A model generated the notes under the pieces. That model did not search any database and was not told the origin of the DNA. It was given only the letters and a program-made list of their open reading frames with translations. Shown piece after piece: positions 43,225-55,006 of a stretch of DNA of 64,000 bases. Source of the stretch: Escherichia coli (GTDB lineage: Bacteria; Pseudomonadota; Gammaproteobacteria; Enterobacterales; Enterobacteriaceae); assembly GCF_044324875.1 (NCBI RefSeq), contig NZ_CP172185.1, one strand, 5' to 3'. Numbering within the stretch: position 1 is the first letter of the stretch; each line of letters opens with the position of its first letter. A program made the position numbers and the translations under genes.

Positions 43225-44910
43225 GTGAATATAAACGTCGCCGAATTGTTAAATGGGAATTACATTCTGTTATTATTTGTGGTCCTCGCGCTTGGGCTAT
43301 GTCTCGGGAAATTACGACTTGGTTCGATCCAACTGGGTAATTCCATTGGCGTTTTAGTCGTATCGCTGTTATTAGGCCAACAACATTTCAGCATTAACAC
43401 CGACGCGCTTAATCTTGGCTTTATGCTGTTTATTTTCTGCGTCGGGGTCGAAGCCGGACCGAACTTTTTTTCCATTTTTTTTCGCGATGGGAAAAATTAC
43501 CTAATGTTAGCACTGGTGATGGTTGGCAGTGCGCTGGTGATCGCCTTAGGGTTAGGTAAGCTGTTTGGCTGGGATATTGGCCTGACGGCCGGTATGTTAG
43601 CAGGCTCTATGACGTCGACACCGGTTCTGGTCGGTGCTGGCGATACACTGCGTCATTCCGGCATGGAAAACAGGCAGCTCTCACTGGCACTGGATAATCT
43701 GAGCCTCGGGTATGCCTTAACCTATTTAATCGGTCTGGTGAGTTTGATTGTTGGTGCGCGTTACTTGCCGAAATTGCAGCATCAGGACTTACAGACCAGC
43801 GCCCAGCAAATCGCCCGCGAACGTGGCCTGGACACTGATGCCAACCGTAAGGTTTATTTACCGGTGATCCGCGCCTACCGCGTCGGCCCGGAGCTGGTAG
43901 CCTGGACCGACGGCAAAAATCTGCGTGAACTGGGTATTTATCGACAAACTGGCTGTTACATTGAACGTATTCGGCGTAACGGGATTCTGGCAAATCCAGA
44001 CGGTGATGCCGTACTACAAATGGGCGATGAAATAGCGTTGGTAGGCTATCCTGACGCCCACGCCCGACTCGATCCCAGTTTCCGTAATGGCAAAGAAGTT
44101 TTCGATCGTGACCTTCTCGACATGCGTATCGTCACTGAAGAAGTGGTCGTTAAAAACCATAACGCTGTTGGCAAACGCCTGGCACAACTGAAGTTGACCG
44201 ATCACGGTTGCTTCCTTAACCGCGTCATACGTAGCCAGATTGAGATGCCGATTGATGACAACGTCGTGCTTAACAAAGGTGACGTTTTACAAGTCAGCGG
44301 CGATGCCCGCCGGGTAAAAACCATCGCCGATCGCATCGGCTTTATCTCGATTCACAGCCAGGTCACTGACTTGCTGGCATTCTGCGCCTTCTTTGTTATT
44401 GGGCTGATGATCGGGATGATCACCTTCCAGTTCAGCACATTCAGTTTCGGCATGGGGAACGCTGCCGGGTTGTTATTCGCCGGAATTATGCTGGGCTTTA
44501 TGCGTGCTAACCACCCGACCTTCGGTTACATTCCGCAGGGTGCATTAAGCATGGTGAAAGAGTTCGGCTTGATGGTGTTTATGGCAGGCGTTGGTCTGAG
44601 CGCCGGTAGCGGTATTAATAACGGCCTGGGCGCGATTGGCGGTCAGATGTTGATTGCCGGATTGATTGTCAGTCTGGTGCCCGTGGTTATCTGTTTCTTG
44701 TTCGGTGCTTATGTATTGCGAATGAACCGCGCACTGTTGTTCGGCGCAATGATGGGCGCACGCACCTGCGCGCCGGCAATGGAGATCATCAGTGATACAG
44801 CTCGCAGTAACATCCCGGCGCTGGGCTATGCGGGCACTTACGCAATCGCCAACGTCCTGCTGACGCTGGCAGGGACAATCATCGTCATGGTATGGCCAGG
44901 ATTAGGATAA
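43225..44910 (+). CDS. ybjL: AAE-family putative transporter YbjL (with two RCK_C/TrkA-C domains)
   Basis: 561 aa; GTG start; duplicated membrane domains flanking cytoplasmic TrkA-C-like domains. Confidence 0.9.
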   Translation: MNINVAELLNGNYILLLFVVLALGLCLGKLRLGSIQLGNSIGVLVVSLLLGQQHFSINTDALNLGFMLFIFCVGVEAGPNFFSIFFRDGKNYLMLALVMVGSALVIALGLGKLFGWDIGLTAGMLAGSMTSTPVLVGAGDTLRHSGMENRQLSLALDNLSLGYALTYLIGLVSLIVGARYLPKLQHQDLQTSAQQIARERGLDTDANRKVYLPVIRAYRVGPELVAWTDGKNLRELGIYRQTGCYIERIRRNGILANPDGDAVLQMGDEIALVGYPDAHARLDPSFRNGKEVFDRDLLDMRIVTEEVVVKNHNAVGKRLAQLKLTDHGCFLNRVIRSQIEMPIDDNVVLNKGDVLQVSGDARRVKTIADRIGFISIHSQVTDLLAFCAFFVIGLMIGMITFQFSTFSFGMGNAAGLLFAGIMLGFMRANHPTFGYIPQGALSMVKEFGLMVFMAGVGLSAGSGINNGLGAIGGQMLIAGLIVSLVPVVICFLFGAYVLRMNRALLFGAMMGARTCAPAMEIISDTARSNIPALGYAGTYAIANVLLTLAGTIIVMVWPGLG

Positions 44911-44951
44911 AACTGAAGTTGCCCTGAAAATGAAATTTTTTTGCACAACCG

Positions 44952-44986
44952 CAGAACTTTTCCGCAGGGCATCAGTCTTAATTAGT
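44952..44986 (+). promoter_or_regulatory. sigma-E type promoter of rybB (-35 GAACTT at 44954-44959, -10 GTCTTA at 44975-44980)
   Basis: Match to the sigma-E consensus (GGAACTT -N16- TCTNA) positioned 7 nt upstream of the RybB 5' end. Confidence 0.6.
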
Positions 44987-45065
44987 GCCACTGCTTTTCT
45001 TTGATGTCCCCATTTTGTGGAGCCCATCAACCCCGCCATTTCGGTTCAAGGTTGGTGGGTTTTTT
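44987..45065 (+). ncRNA. rybB: RybB small regulatory RNA (sigma-E dependent, Hfq-binding)
   Basis: gccactgcttttctttgatgtcccc...ggttcaaggttggtgggtttttt matches my recollection of RybB including the 5' seed and terminator hairpin plus U-tail; located between ybjL and rcdA as in K-12. Confidence 0.85.
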
Positions 45066-45084
45066 GTTGCCTATAATTTATCTA

Positions 45085-45621
45085 CTACCCTGCAACCCTC
45101 TCAACCATCCTCAAAATCTCCTCGCGCGATAGCGGCTTACGGTCGGTGACAAAATGCAGCGTCATCCCCTCAATAAACGCATCAAGCGCGCGGGCGGTTC
45201 CGGGTTCAAACCATTGTTCGAGCGTTTGCTGACTGCGCTGCATCCAGTTTTGCATTACCGTTTTTAATAGCGGTTTTCGGCTAGCCAGCGCGTAGAGCTG
45301 GTACATCAGCTCCATGTTATCCGGCGTTGCAACCTGTGAGCTGTAGATCATATCGGTGATAGCCTGGCATGCGCCTTGAGCATCACTAACATCGCTAAAA
45401 AATGCCTGATATTGCCGGGACATGATCTCAGTAAAACTGCTGAACGCCTCCAGCAACAACTCATCAATTCCTGAAAAATAGTAGGTCATCGACCCCAACG
45501 GTACCCCGGCAAGGGTAGCAATTTTGCGGTGCGTAACAGCATGTATTCCGTAAAGTTTCACCGCCTCCAGCGTGGCCTGGATAATTTTTTCTCGCCGTTG
45601 CGGATCGTTAGCGCGACGCAT
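45085..45621 (-). CDS. rcdA: TetR-family transcriptional regulator RcdA (YbjK)
   Basis: 178 aa from [21 protein letters not shown]; N-terminal TetR HTH. Confidence 0.85.
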   Translation of the reverse strand: MRRANDPQRREKIIQATLEAVKLYGIHAVTHRKIATLAGVPLGSMTYYFSGIDELLLEAFSSFTEIMSRQYQAFFSDVSDAQGACQAITDMIYSSQVATPDNMELMYQLYALASRKPLLKTVMQNWMQRSQQTLEQWFEPGTARALDAFIEGMTLHFVTDRKPLSREEILRMVERVAG

Positions 45622-45704
45622 GTCATTTCCTCTCTCTGCAATTGTGTACAAATGTACACAACCTTGCTAATGTTGTCTTCCCTCTTCTTATTTTGACGTG
45701 ATCT

Positions 45705-46913
45705 ATGACCGTAAATTCTTCACGTAATGCATTGAAACGCCGAACCTGGGCGCTGTTTATGTTCTTCTTTTTGCCGGGCCTGTTAATGGCGTCCTGGGCA
45801 ACCCGTACGCCTGCTATCCGCGATATTCTTTCTGTTTCGATCGCTGAAATGGGCGGAGTCCTCTTTGGTCTGTCGATCGGTTCAATGAGCGGTATTCTCT
45901 GCTCGGCGTGGTTAGTGAAACGCTTTGGGACGCGTAATGTCATCCTGGTCACGATGTCCTGCGCATTGATCGGGATGATGATACTAAGTCTGGCACTCTG
46001 GCTGACATCGCCCCTGCTCTTCGCGGTTGGCCTCGGCGTCTTTGGGGCAAGTTTTGGTTCTGCGGAAGTGGCGATAAACGTTGAAGGTGCTGCCGTTGAG
46101 CGAGAAATGAATAAGACGGTTTTGCCGATGATGCACGGTTTTTATAGCCTGGGCACGCTGGCAGGCGCTGGTGTCGGGATGGCACTGACGGCCTTTGGCG
46201 TTCCGGCAACGGTGCACATTTTATTGGCGGCGCTGGTAGGCATCGCGCCTATTTATATCGCCATTCAGGCAATCCCTGACGGTACGGGCAAAAATGCTGC
46301 CGATGGCACCCAGCATGGTGAAAAAGGCGTACCTTTTTATCGCGATATCCAGTTGCTGCTGATTGGTGTTGTGGTGCTGGCGATGGCCTTTGCCGAAGGT
46401 TCTGCCAACGACTGGTTACCCTTATTAATGGTTGACGGTCACGGTTTTAGCCCTACTTCCGGCTCGCTGATTTATGCCGGTTTTACCCTGGGGATGACTG
46501 TTGGACGCTTTACCGGCGGTTGGTTCATCGACCGTTACAGTCGCGTTGCCGTGGTTCGGGCCAGTGCACTAATGGGAGCGTTGGGTATTGGGCTGATTAT
46601 TTTTGTCGATAGCGCCTGGGTCGCTGGGGTGTCTGTTGTACTTTGGGGACTGGGTGCCTCGCTGGGCTTCCCGCTGACCATTTCTGCCGCCAGCGATACC
46701 GGCCCCGATGCACCAACCCGCGTCAGTGTGGTAGCAACGACCGGTTATCTGGCTTTCCTCGTCGGGCCGCCACTGCTGGGCTATCTCGGCGAACATTATG
46801 GATTACGTAGTGCAATGCTGGTTGTACTGGCGCTGGTTATTCTCGCGGCTATTGTCGCGAAAGCCGTCGCCAAACCCGATACCAAAACGCAGACGGCGAT
46901 GGAGAATAGTTGA
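45705..46913 (+). CDS. ybjJ: MFS transporter YbjJ
   Basis: 402-aa 12-TM-like protein. Confidence 0.9.
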
Positions 46914-47728
46914 TGAGCATTAAATTAATTGCGGTAGACATGGATGGTACTTTCTTAAGCGATCAAAAAACCTATAACCGTGAGCGGTTTATGGCTCAGT
47001 ATCAGCAAATGAAAGCACAAGGCATTCGCTTTGTGGTCGCCAGCGGGAATCAATATTATCAGTTGATCTCTTTCTTTCCGGAAATTGCTAATGAAATAGC
47101 CTTTGTGGCTGAAAACGGCGGCTGGGTAGTGAGCGAAGGCAAAGATGTTTTTAATGGCGAGCTGTCGAAGGATGCGTTTGCTACTGTCGTGGAACATTTG
47201 CTGACGCGCCCGGAAGTGGAAATTATTGCCTGCGGAAAAAATAGCGCCTATACCCTCAAAAAATATGACGATGCCATGAAAACGGTGGCGGAAATGTATT
47301 ATCACCGTCTGGAATACGTCGATAACTTTGACAACTTAGAAGATATCTTCTTTAAGTTTGGTCTGAATCTTTCCGATGAACTGATTCCACAAGTACAAAA
47401 AGCATTACATGAGGCCATCGGCGATATTATGGTGCCGGTCCACACCGGCAACGGCAGTATCGATCTGATTATCCCCGGCGTACATAAAGCCAATGGCCTT
47501 CGCCAACTGCAGAAATTATGGGGAATAGACGACAGCGAAGTGGTGGTCTTTGGCGATGGCGGTAACGATATTGAGATGCTGCGTCAGGCAGGCTTTAGTT
47601 TTGCAATGGAAAATGCCGGCAGCGCGGTCGTCGCAGCGGCAAAATACCGGGCAGGCTCCAATAACCGTGAAGGCGTACTGGATGTGATCGATAAAGTGCT
47701 TAAACACGAAGCGCCATTTAACCAATAA
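46910..47728 (+). CDS. ybjI: Cof-type HAD-superfamily phosphatase YbjI
   Basis: N-terminal [13 protein letters not shown] motif I; 272 aa. Confidence 0.9.
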
Positions 47729-47812
47729 AACGGCAGCACGCCCGGCAACACAATACCTGAATGAAGGCTGCATAATTCGCGCAAATTAACCCGCTGCATT
47801 ATTTCAGGCGAA

Positions 47813-48097
47813 ATGATTATGAAAAATTGTCTACTGTTGGGCGCGCTTTTAATGGGCTTTACTGGTGTGGCGATGGCGCAAAGTGTCACCGTCGATGTGC
47901 CGAGTGGATACAAAGTGGTTGTGGTTCCTGATTCAGTCAGCGTTCCACAAGCGGTCAGCGTCGCGACTGTGCCGCAAACCGTCTATGTGGCTCCCGCGCC
48001 AGCTCCGGCTTACCGCCCGCATCCTTATGTTCGCCATCTTGCCAGCGTAGGTGAAGGGATGGTTATCGAACACCAGATTGACGACCATCACCATTAA
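47813..48097 (+). CDS. ybjH: small secreted protein YbjH
   Basis: 94 aa with signal peptide. Confidence 0.8.
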   Translation: MIMKNCLLLGALLMGFTGVAMAQSVTVDVPSGYKVVVVPDSVSVPQAVSVATVPQTVYVAPAPAPAYRPHPYVRHLASVGEGMVIEHQIDDHHH

Positions 48098-48104
48098 TTT
48101 GAGA

Positions 48105-48140
48105 ATGCCTGATCGCACAAAGCAATCAGGCATTTTTTTA
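48105..48140 (+). terminator. intrinsic terminator downstream of ybjH
   Basis: gcctgat cgcacaaagca atcaggc followed by TTTTTTT. Confidence 0.6.
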
Positions 48141-49370
48141 TCCTTCGTGCGAATTTCCCATCTGTTTATCTTTTAAAAAGATAACCATCAGCAACAGCCA
48201 CAAAATTCCGTTGACAAGGTTGAAGAGATTAAACAGTCCGTTGCCCCCGTTCAGCCAGGCATGTTTGCTGATTTCAATACCGACGGTAAAGATCAGCATT
48301 TGCAGCATCCCCATCGCCGCAGAAACCGTACCTTTACTCATATCGCTGGCAAACAGAGTTAATCGCACCAGTCCCGCATTCGCCAGACCAATACCGAAAG
48401 CATAAAGACTTAACCCGGCGGCCATCCATAAATACGCATGCGATGAGATAACCGTTGCCGCAGCAGCGACCAACAGACCAATCATAATCGGCCAGCCGCC
48501 CATAATAATCAGCGAACGTACGGTGCGGCGCGAGGTCAGACGCGCTAACAGCAAGTTACCCGCAATTAACGCCCCGAAAATAGGCACTTGCAGCAAACCA
48601 TATTCATAGCTGCTTAACTGCTCGCCGGTAATGATGATAATCGGCGACTGGGCGATCCACGCCAGCAACGGCAAACTAACGAATCCCAGCGCCAGCGCCC
48701 CCGCAACAAAGCGACCGTTCTTCAGCACCAGCTTATAGTCACGACCGAGTTCTTTCAGCGACAGTTTCTCGCCTATACGCGTGGCGGTTTCAGGCATGGC
48801 TCGTTGCAGACCGAAAAAGGAGATCGCTGCCAATGCGGCAAACAAGACAAACATCCCTTCCCAGGGCAGCACATGGATCCACGCCGCGCCCACCAGCGGG
48901 CCAAGTAGTGGAGCAATCAGCGCCACGTTCGCCATCAGCGCGGTGATCTTGATACAAACCGCCTCTTCGAAGGATTCCTGAATTGCGGCGTATCCCACAG
49001 CGCCAATGAAACAGAGGCTTATGCCCTGCAAGAAGCGCAACAGAGTGAATTGTTCAATGTTTTGCGCCAGTAATATTGCCAGACAGGTGATGATAAACCA
49101 CACCACCCCCGCCAGCATCACCGGACGGCGACCAATACGATCCGACAGCGGCCCCAGGAGCCATTGTAAAAACATCCCGCCCGCCAGATATGCGGTCATC
49201 GAAGTAGGAACCCAATCAATGCCCGCCTGATATTGTTCCACCACGGCCAACATACCGGGTTGAATCATATCGTTGCCGATATAGGTTGAAAATTCGTACA
49301 GCACCAGACAGAGAGGGAAAAGTAACGCCTGACGTCCAAGCCTGGCACCGGAAGCTAATTTATTTTGCAT
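48138..49370 (-). CDS. mdfA: multidrug efflux MFS transporter MdfA (Cmr)
   Basis: 410 aa from [20 protein letters not shown]. Confidence 0.95.
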   Translation of the reverse strand: MQNKLASGARLGRQALLFPLCLVLYEFSTYIGNDMIQPGMLAVVEQYQAGIDWVPTSMTAYLAGGMFLQWLLGPLSDRIGRRPVMLAGVVWFIITCLAILLAQNIEQFTLLRFLQGISLCFIGAVGYAAIQESFEEAVCIKITALMANVALIAPLLGPLVGAAWIHVLPWEGMFVLFAALAAISFFGLQRAMPETATRIGEKLSLKELGRDYKLVLKNGRFVAGALALGFVSLPLLAWIAQSPIIIITGEQLSSYEYGLLQVPIFGALIAGNLLLARLTSRRTVRSLIIMGGWPIMIGLLVAAAATVISSHAYLWMAAGLSLYAFGIGLANAGLVRLTLFASDMSKGTVSAAMGMLQMLIFTVGIEISKHAWLNGGNGLFNLFNLVNGILWLLLMVIFLKDKQMGNSHEG

Positions 49371-49654
49371 GCAATTTCTTCGCCAATAATAATCGCGCAA
49401 AGTTTAATAAAAGCGCAGCTAACGAGAAAGCGAATTTTGTAGCTGAAACCACGGTTAAGCACATTCTTACATTATTGCGAGTATAGCTACGCTTTCTTTA
49501 AGTTTTATTTAACCTATGCCCGTTACAATCACCCACCGTAAACAGGCCGCTTGAGGGAAATAAGACGATGCCGCTTTACCCAGTTTAACCTGCACTTTAT
49601 TCTCAACGACTTGCCTGTATTGGCTCCCTTTTAATCACTTTGCGTCGGGAAGTT

Positions 49655-50251
49655 ATGCTGGAAAATTTGAATCTCTCTCTATTCTCTCTTATTAACGCGA
49701 CGCCAGACTCGGCTCCGTGGATGATCTCGTTGGCGATTTTTATTGCTAAAGATTTGATTACCGTGGTGCCGTTGCTGGCCGCGATACTTTGGTTGTGGGG
49801 GCTTACAGCACAACGGCAACTGGTGATAAAAATCGCTATTGCGCTGGCGGTCAGCCTGTTTGTGTCCTGGACGATGGGACATCTTTTTCCGCACGACCGC
49901 CCCTTTGTCGAAAATATCGGCTATAACTTCCTGCATCATGCGGCGGATGACTCATTCCCGAGCGATCACGGTACGGTGATTTTCACCTTTGCACTGGCAT
50001 TTTTATGCTGGCATCGCCTGTGGTCCGGCTCACTTTTAATGGTGCTGGCCGTCGTCATTGCCTGGTCGCGCGTTTATCTTGGCGTCCACTGGCCGCTGGA
50101 TATGCTCGGTGGATTGCTGGCAGGTATGATTGGCTGCCTTAGCGCCCAGATTATCTGGCAAGCGATGGGGCATAAACTCTATCAACGTCTGCAATCGTGG
50201 TATCGCTTCTGTTTTGCATTACCGATCCGCAAAGGCTGGGTGCGTGACTGA
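49655..50251 (+). CDS. ybjG: undecaprenyl-diphosphate phosphatase YbjG (PAP2 family)
   Basis: 198 aa from MLENLNLSLF; PAP2 motifs (PSDH, SRVYLGVHWP). Confidence 0.9.
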   Translation: MLENLNLSLFSLINATPDSAPWMISLAIFIAKDLITVVPLLAAILWLWGLTAQRQLVIKIAIALAVSLFVSWTMGHLFPHDRPFVENIGYNFLHHAADDSFPSDHGTVIFTFALAFLCWHRLWSGSLLMVLAVVIAWSRVYLGVHWPLDMLGGLLAGMIGCLSAQIIWQAMGHKLYQRLQSWYRFCFALPIRKGWVRD

Positions 50252-50308
50252 TCTCTGCTAAAAAGTGTAGTATTGAGCGGCTCGCTTCAATAACTATTCA
50301 GAGGGATT

Positions 50309-51067
50309 ATGGAAACACGTCGCGAAGAGCGTATCGGGCAGCTGCTGCAAGAATTAAAACGCAGCGATAAGTTACATCTTAAAGACGCCGCCGCCCTGCT
50401 TGGGGTTTCGGAGATGACGATTCGTCGCGATCTGAACAACCACAGTGCGCCCGTCGTTTTGCTCGGCGGCTATATTGTTCTGGAACCGCGCAGTGCCAGC
50501 CATTATCTGTTAAGCGATCAAAAATCCCGCCTGGTGGAAGAAAAACGCCGGGCGGCAAAACTGGCTGCGACGCTGGTAGAACCCGATCAGACCCTCTTTT
50601 TTGACTGTGGCACCACCACACCGTGGATTATTGAAGCGATTGATAATGAAATCCCTTTCACCGCCGTTTGTTATTCGCTAAATACCTTTCTGGCACTGAA
50701 AGAGAAACCTCATTGCCGCGCGTTTCTTTGCGGTGGTGAATTTCACGCCAGCAACGCCATTTTCAAACCCATCGATTTTCAGCAAACGCTGAATAATTTT
50801 TGCCCGGATATCGCTTTTTATTCCGCGGCGGGGGTGCATGTCAGTAAGGGCGCTACCTGTTTTAATCTTGAAGAGTTGCCGGTAAAACACTGGGCCATGT
50901 CGATGGCGCAAAAGCATGTGCTGGTTGTCGACCACAGTAAATTTGGCAAGGTGCGTCCGGCGCGCATGGGTGACCTGAAACGCTTTGATATTATGGTGAG
51001 CGATTGTTGCCCGGAAGATGAATATGTGAAGTACGCGCAGACGCAGCGTATTAAGTTGATGTATTAA
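50309..51067 (+). CDS. deoR: deoxyribose operon repressor DeoR
   Basis: 252 aa; N-terminal HTH, DeoR-family C-terminal domain. Confidence 0.95.
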   Translation: METRREERIGQLLQELKRSDKLHLKDAAALLGVSEMTIRRDLNNHSAPVVLLGGYIVLEPRSASHYLLSDQKSRLVEEKRRAAKLAATLVEPDQTLFFDCGTTTPWIIEAIDNEIPFTAVCYSLNTFLALKEKPHCRAFLCGGEFHASNAIFKPIDFQQTLNNFCPDIAFYSAAGVHVSKGATCFNLEELPVKHWAMSMAQKHVLVVDHSKFGKVRPARMGDLKRFDIMVSDCCPEDEYVKYAQTQRIKLMY

Positions 51068-51113
51068 TGACGTATAACCGGATGACGTTTCGCGCCATCC
51101 GGTTATCAGAAGA

Positions 51114-52316
51114 TTAAGAGAACCAGCTGCCGAACCACTGATGGAATTTCATCATCACGAAATCCCACATCCGACCAAAGAATCCCCCCTCTTCCACATT
51201 TTCCATCACGATCAGCGGACGCTGCTCAATGGATTTACCGTTAAGCTGGAAATCAATGGTGCCGACAACCTGACCTTTTTTCAGCGGTGCGGTAAGCTGC
51301 GGTTCCGTTAACGTGTAGCTCGCTTTCAGGTTTTTCAGCTGCCCACGCGGTATGGTCACTGAGCCCGCTTCGCCTGCCCCGAGATTCACTTCGCTCTTAT
51401 CACCAAACCAGACGCGCTGAGTCACAAAGGTGGCATCAGGTTTAATTGGCGTCACGGTTTCAAAGAAGCGGAAACCCCAGGTCAATAATTTCTCAGACTC
51501 ATTAAAACGGATACGGTCAGTTTTCGCACCCAGTACTACGGAGATCAAACGCATATCGCCCTGGGTAGCCGAAGCAACCAGATTATATCCCGCGCCTGCC
51601 GTGGTTCCTGTCTTCATGCCATCAACATTCAGATTGCTGCTCCATAGCAGACGGTTACGGTTAGGCTGTCGAATTTTGTTGAAGGTGAACTCTTTCTCTT
51701 TATGAATGGCATACTCTTCCGGCACATCGTGGATCAATGCTTTACCCAGCAATGCCATATCGCGCGCGGTACTGAACTGCCCCGGCGCATCCAGACCGTG
51801 CACCGTCTGGAAGGTAGTGTTGGTCAGACCCAGTTTTTTGGCATAACCATTCATCAGACCAATAAATGACTCCTGGCTCCCGGCAACGTAATCGGCCAGC
51901 GCAATACAGGCGTCATTACCGGACTGGATAATTACACCTTTGTTCAGGTCTGCCACCGAAACCTGATCGCCCGGTTTAAGGAACATTACCGATGAACCAC
52001 GCAGTGCCGGATTTCCCGTCGCCCAGGCATCTTTACCGACCGTCACCATATCGGTGAGTTTAATCTTATCGGCCTTAAGCGCCTGCCCAACCACATAGCT
52101 GGTCATGATTTTAGTCAGGCTCGCGGGGTCCAGTTTTTCATCCGCATTGCCTTCTGCCAGCACTTTACCGCTGGCGTAATCCATTAAAATCCATGCACGC
52201 GCATCCACGCTCGGCGCTTCAACGGTTTGTTCCGCCGCGAATGCCGTTGGGGCAAAAAGGAATAAAAATGCAGAACCCGCTGCAAGACCACGAAGGAGAG
52301 AGGAGTATTGCGTCAT
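51114..52316 (-). CDS. dacC: D-alanyl-D-alanine carboxypeptidase DacC (PBP6)
   Basis: 400 aa from [10 protein letters not shown]; SxxK (SLTK), SGN and KTG motifs. Confidence 0.95.
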   Translation of the reverse strand: MTQYSSLLRGLAAGSAFLFLFAPTAFAAEQTVEAPSVDARAWILMDYASGKVLAEGNADEKLDPASLTKIMTSYVVGQALKADKIKLTDMVTVGKDAWATGNPALRGSSVMFLKPGDQVSVADLNKGVIIQSGNDACIALADYVAGSQESFIGLMNGYAKKLGLTNTTFQTVHGLDAPGQFSTARDMALLGKALIHDVPEEYAIHKEKEFTFNKIRQPNRNRLLWSSNLNVDGMKTGTTAGAGYNLVASATQGDMRLISVVLGAKTDRIRFNESEKLLTWGFRFFETVTPIKPDATFVTQRVWFGDKSEVNLGAGEAGSVTIPRGQLKNLKASYTLTEPQLTAPLKKGQVVGTIDFQLNGKSIEQRPLIVMENVEEGGFFGRMWDFVMMKFHQWFGSWFS

Positions 52317-52562
52317 AAATGCCACCCGAGTATCCATTCAAAAAAAATACGTTATATCGCCGTATGATAAGTTCGGTGATTAATAACGCACACACAAACT
52401 TAAAGAAACCGTAAGTTGGTAAAGTTTTTAAAGTTTATGCAATATCCTGCCGCTTCGCTGCTTCTGGTGTCATTTTTTTGCCAGCTGTTGCTTAAAAGTT
52501 AACTTTACTTCACCATCGGAGTCCTGTTCAGCCTGTGGCTGCCTGTCGGAAAAGGGGTGAGT

Positions 52563-53189
52563 ATGATTACGCTGTGGGGTCGGAATAATTCAACCAACGT
52601 AAAAAAAGTATTGCTGACGCTCGAAGAACTGGAACTACCTTATGAGCAAATTCTCGCGGGCCGTGAGTTTGGGATAAATCACGATGCTGATTTTCTGGCG
52701 ATGAACCCTAACGGGCTGGTGCCGTTGTTGCGTGACGACGAAAGTGATCTCATTCTTTGGGAATCAAACGCCATTGTCCGCTATCTGGCGGCACAGTACG
52801 GGCAAAAACGCCTGTGGATCGACTCACCGGCACGTCGTGCGGAAGCAGAAAAATGGATGGACTGGGCAAACCAGACGCTCAGTAATGCTCATCGCGGGAT
52901 CCTGATGGGATTAGTCAGAACACCACCGGAAGAGCGCGATCAGGCCGCCATTGATGCCAGTTGTAAAGAGTGCGACGCCCTGTTTGCCCTGCTCGATGCG
53001 GAACTGGCAAAAGTAAAATGGTTCTCTGGCGACGAGTTTGGTGTGGGCGATATCGCTATCGCTCCGTTCATCTACAATTTGTTTAACGTTGGCCTGACCT
53101 GGACACCGCGTCCAAATCTGCAACGCTGGTATCAGCAACTCACTGAACGCCCCGCAGTGCGCAAAGTGGTGATGATTCCCGTTAGCTAA
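52563..53189 (+). CDS. gstB: glutathione S-transferase GstB (YliJ)
   Basis: 208 aa from [10 protein letters not shown]; GST fold. Confidence 0.9.
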
Positions 53190-54300
53190 TTGCGTGGGCT
53201 AACTTTAAGTAATTCCCCACTGGACTCGTCGGTGAGAACGTATAAATAACCGTCGGGTCCAGTGCGAACATCACGAATTCGCTGCCCTCTGTCCGTTAAA
53301 ATACGGCCATCTTCTGTCACTTTGTCGCCGTTGACGCTCATCACAATGACATCTTTATCTTTCAGCGCGCCAATAAATAATTTTTGCTGCCACTGGGGGA
53401 ATTTATCGCTGTTATAGAAGGCCATGCCGCTCACGGCGGGCGAATCTTTCCAGTAAAAAACAGGTTGCTCGGTCCCGGCGACGATCTCCCCTTTCGCTTC
53501 CGGTATCTTAAAGCCTGAATAGTTGATTCCCCAGGTTGCCAGCGGCCAGCCGTAGTTTTTGCCTTTTTGCGGGATATTAATTTCATCGCCACCGCGCGGG
53601 CCATGTTCATTCAGCCATAGTGCATTACTCCACGGATTCATCGCCATTCCTTGCGGATTACGAATGCCATAAGACCAGATCTCGGCGCGCGCACCGGATT
53701 CCTTTATAAAAGGATTATCATCCGGGATTTGCCCTGGTCGGTCAGACGCACCAGTTTGCCCTGTAATTTATCCAGATCCTGCGCCGTCGGGCGCTGATTG
53801 TTTTCGCCCAGAGCAATAAAAAGATAACCTTTACCGTCGAATACCAGCCGCCCGCCAAAATGGTTGCCGGTAGACAGTTTTGGCATCTGGCGAAAGACGG
53901 TGCGGAAGTCGGTCACCTTTGAGAGATCATCACTTAAGCGGCCATAACCCACAGCAGTTCCGGCTTTGCCATCATCGCCAACTTCGGAATAACTTAACCA
54001 GATGCGGCGAGACTGAGCAAAATCAGGCGCTAAAACCACATCCAGCAGGCCACCCTGCCCGTGCGCCCAAACTTCCGGCACTCCGGAAAGCGGCGCAGAT
54101 AATCCTTTTCCTGCTTGCCAGTGACGCAACTCGCCGCCGCGCAGAGTGATTAACATACCGTGATTGTCGGGTAAAAAGGCCAGCGCCCAGGGATGGTCGA
54201 GTTTGTCCTGCAGTACTTCGACATTTACCGTTGCAGGAGCCGCCCAGAGAGCGGAAGAAAGACAAATAAGGGGCACAAGGAAAAAGGATTGTCGATGCAT
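53186..54300 (-). pseudogene. yliI: yliI (soluble aldose sugar dehydrogenase, PQQ-type beta-propeller) split by a 1-bp frameshift near 53700
   Basis: Two consecutive minus-strand ORFs (53704..54300, 53186..53647) in different frames; hand translation across the junction shows frame A ...LTDQGKSRMIILL* while the adjacent frame continues ...QIPDDNPFIKESGARAEIWSYGIRNPQGMAMNPW...; consistent with loss of one G in ggc-gaa-atc. Confidence 0.7.
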
Positions 54301-54410
54301 AACGCCTCCGGATTGACTCTGGCTTAAAGCGTAGTCAGTGGAGGAGATAACAAATTCATTTTTACAAAAACTTAAACATGAAGGGGGAGACGCTTTCTCC
54401 CCCTTAGTTT

Positions 54411-54794
54411 TCAGGCCTTCTCAAGCATGGCGTGCTTCTGCAGGCTCTGGATACTCAGCGTTAAGCTCATCAGACAATTTTCAAGCTTATCGGCGTTGAC
54501 GGTAATAACAGTCGGGCAATCATGGTGCCCACTCATCAAACATACTGCGGCTGTCGCTAATGCTTCTTCAGCATGATGAAGAGCACTCCACTCTTCCTGA
54601 TCCAGATGAAGATTCAACCGCAGCGATTTATCGTGCAGTTCGCGATTCAGTTTAAAAAAGTTATCTCGTAGATGATTGCTTTCGCTGACGGACATGTATC
54701 CTTTTGCCTTCCTCAGTTGCACGTATGCGGCGAGGTCAACGCGTGCGTCGATCAACCGGTTCAGCAGATCGATTCGCTGTCTGTCAACGAACAT
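54411..54794 (-). CDS. bssR: biofilm regulator BssR (YliH)
   Basis: 127 aa; conserved position between yliI and rimO. Confidence 0.9.
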   Translation of the reverse strand: MFVDRQRIDLLNRLIDARVDLAAYVQLRKAKGYMSVSESNHLRDNFFKLNRELHDKSLRLNLHLDQEEWSALHHAEEALATAAVCLMSGHHDCPTVITVNADKLENCLMSLTLSIQSLQKHAMLEKA

Positions 54795-55006
54795 ACTTCG
54801 ATCCTCCTCTTTCCAGCCTTATTGCAATTAAATAGTATGGCTATTTTTTGAGCAAAATGCTGTCCAGGATCAATTCTTCACGCCGAATTAACAAAATTTA
54901 CATTTCCTTCGCCTCCGCCAGCGAATGAGATTGCGATACAAATTTTATCCAGAACTCTGTAGAATCCCTGCCCTGACCTTTCCTGTAACTGAATATTTTT
55001 TAAGCT

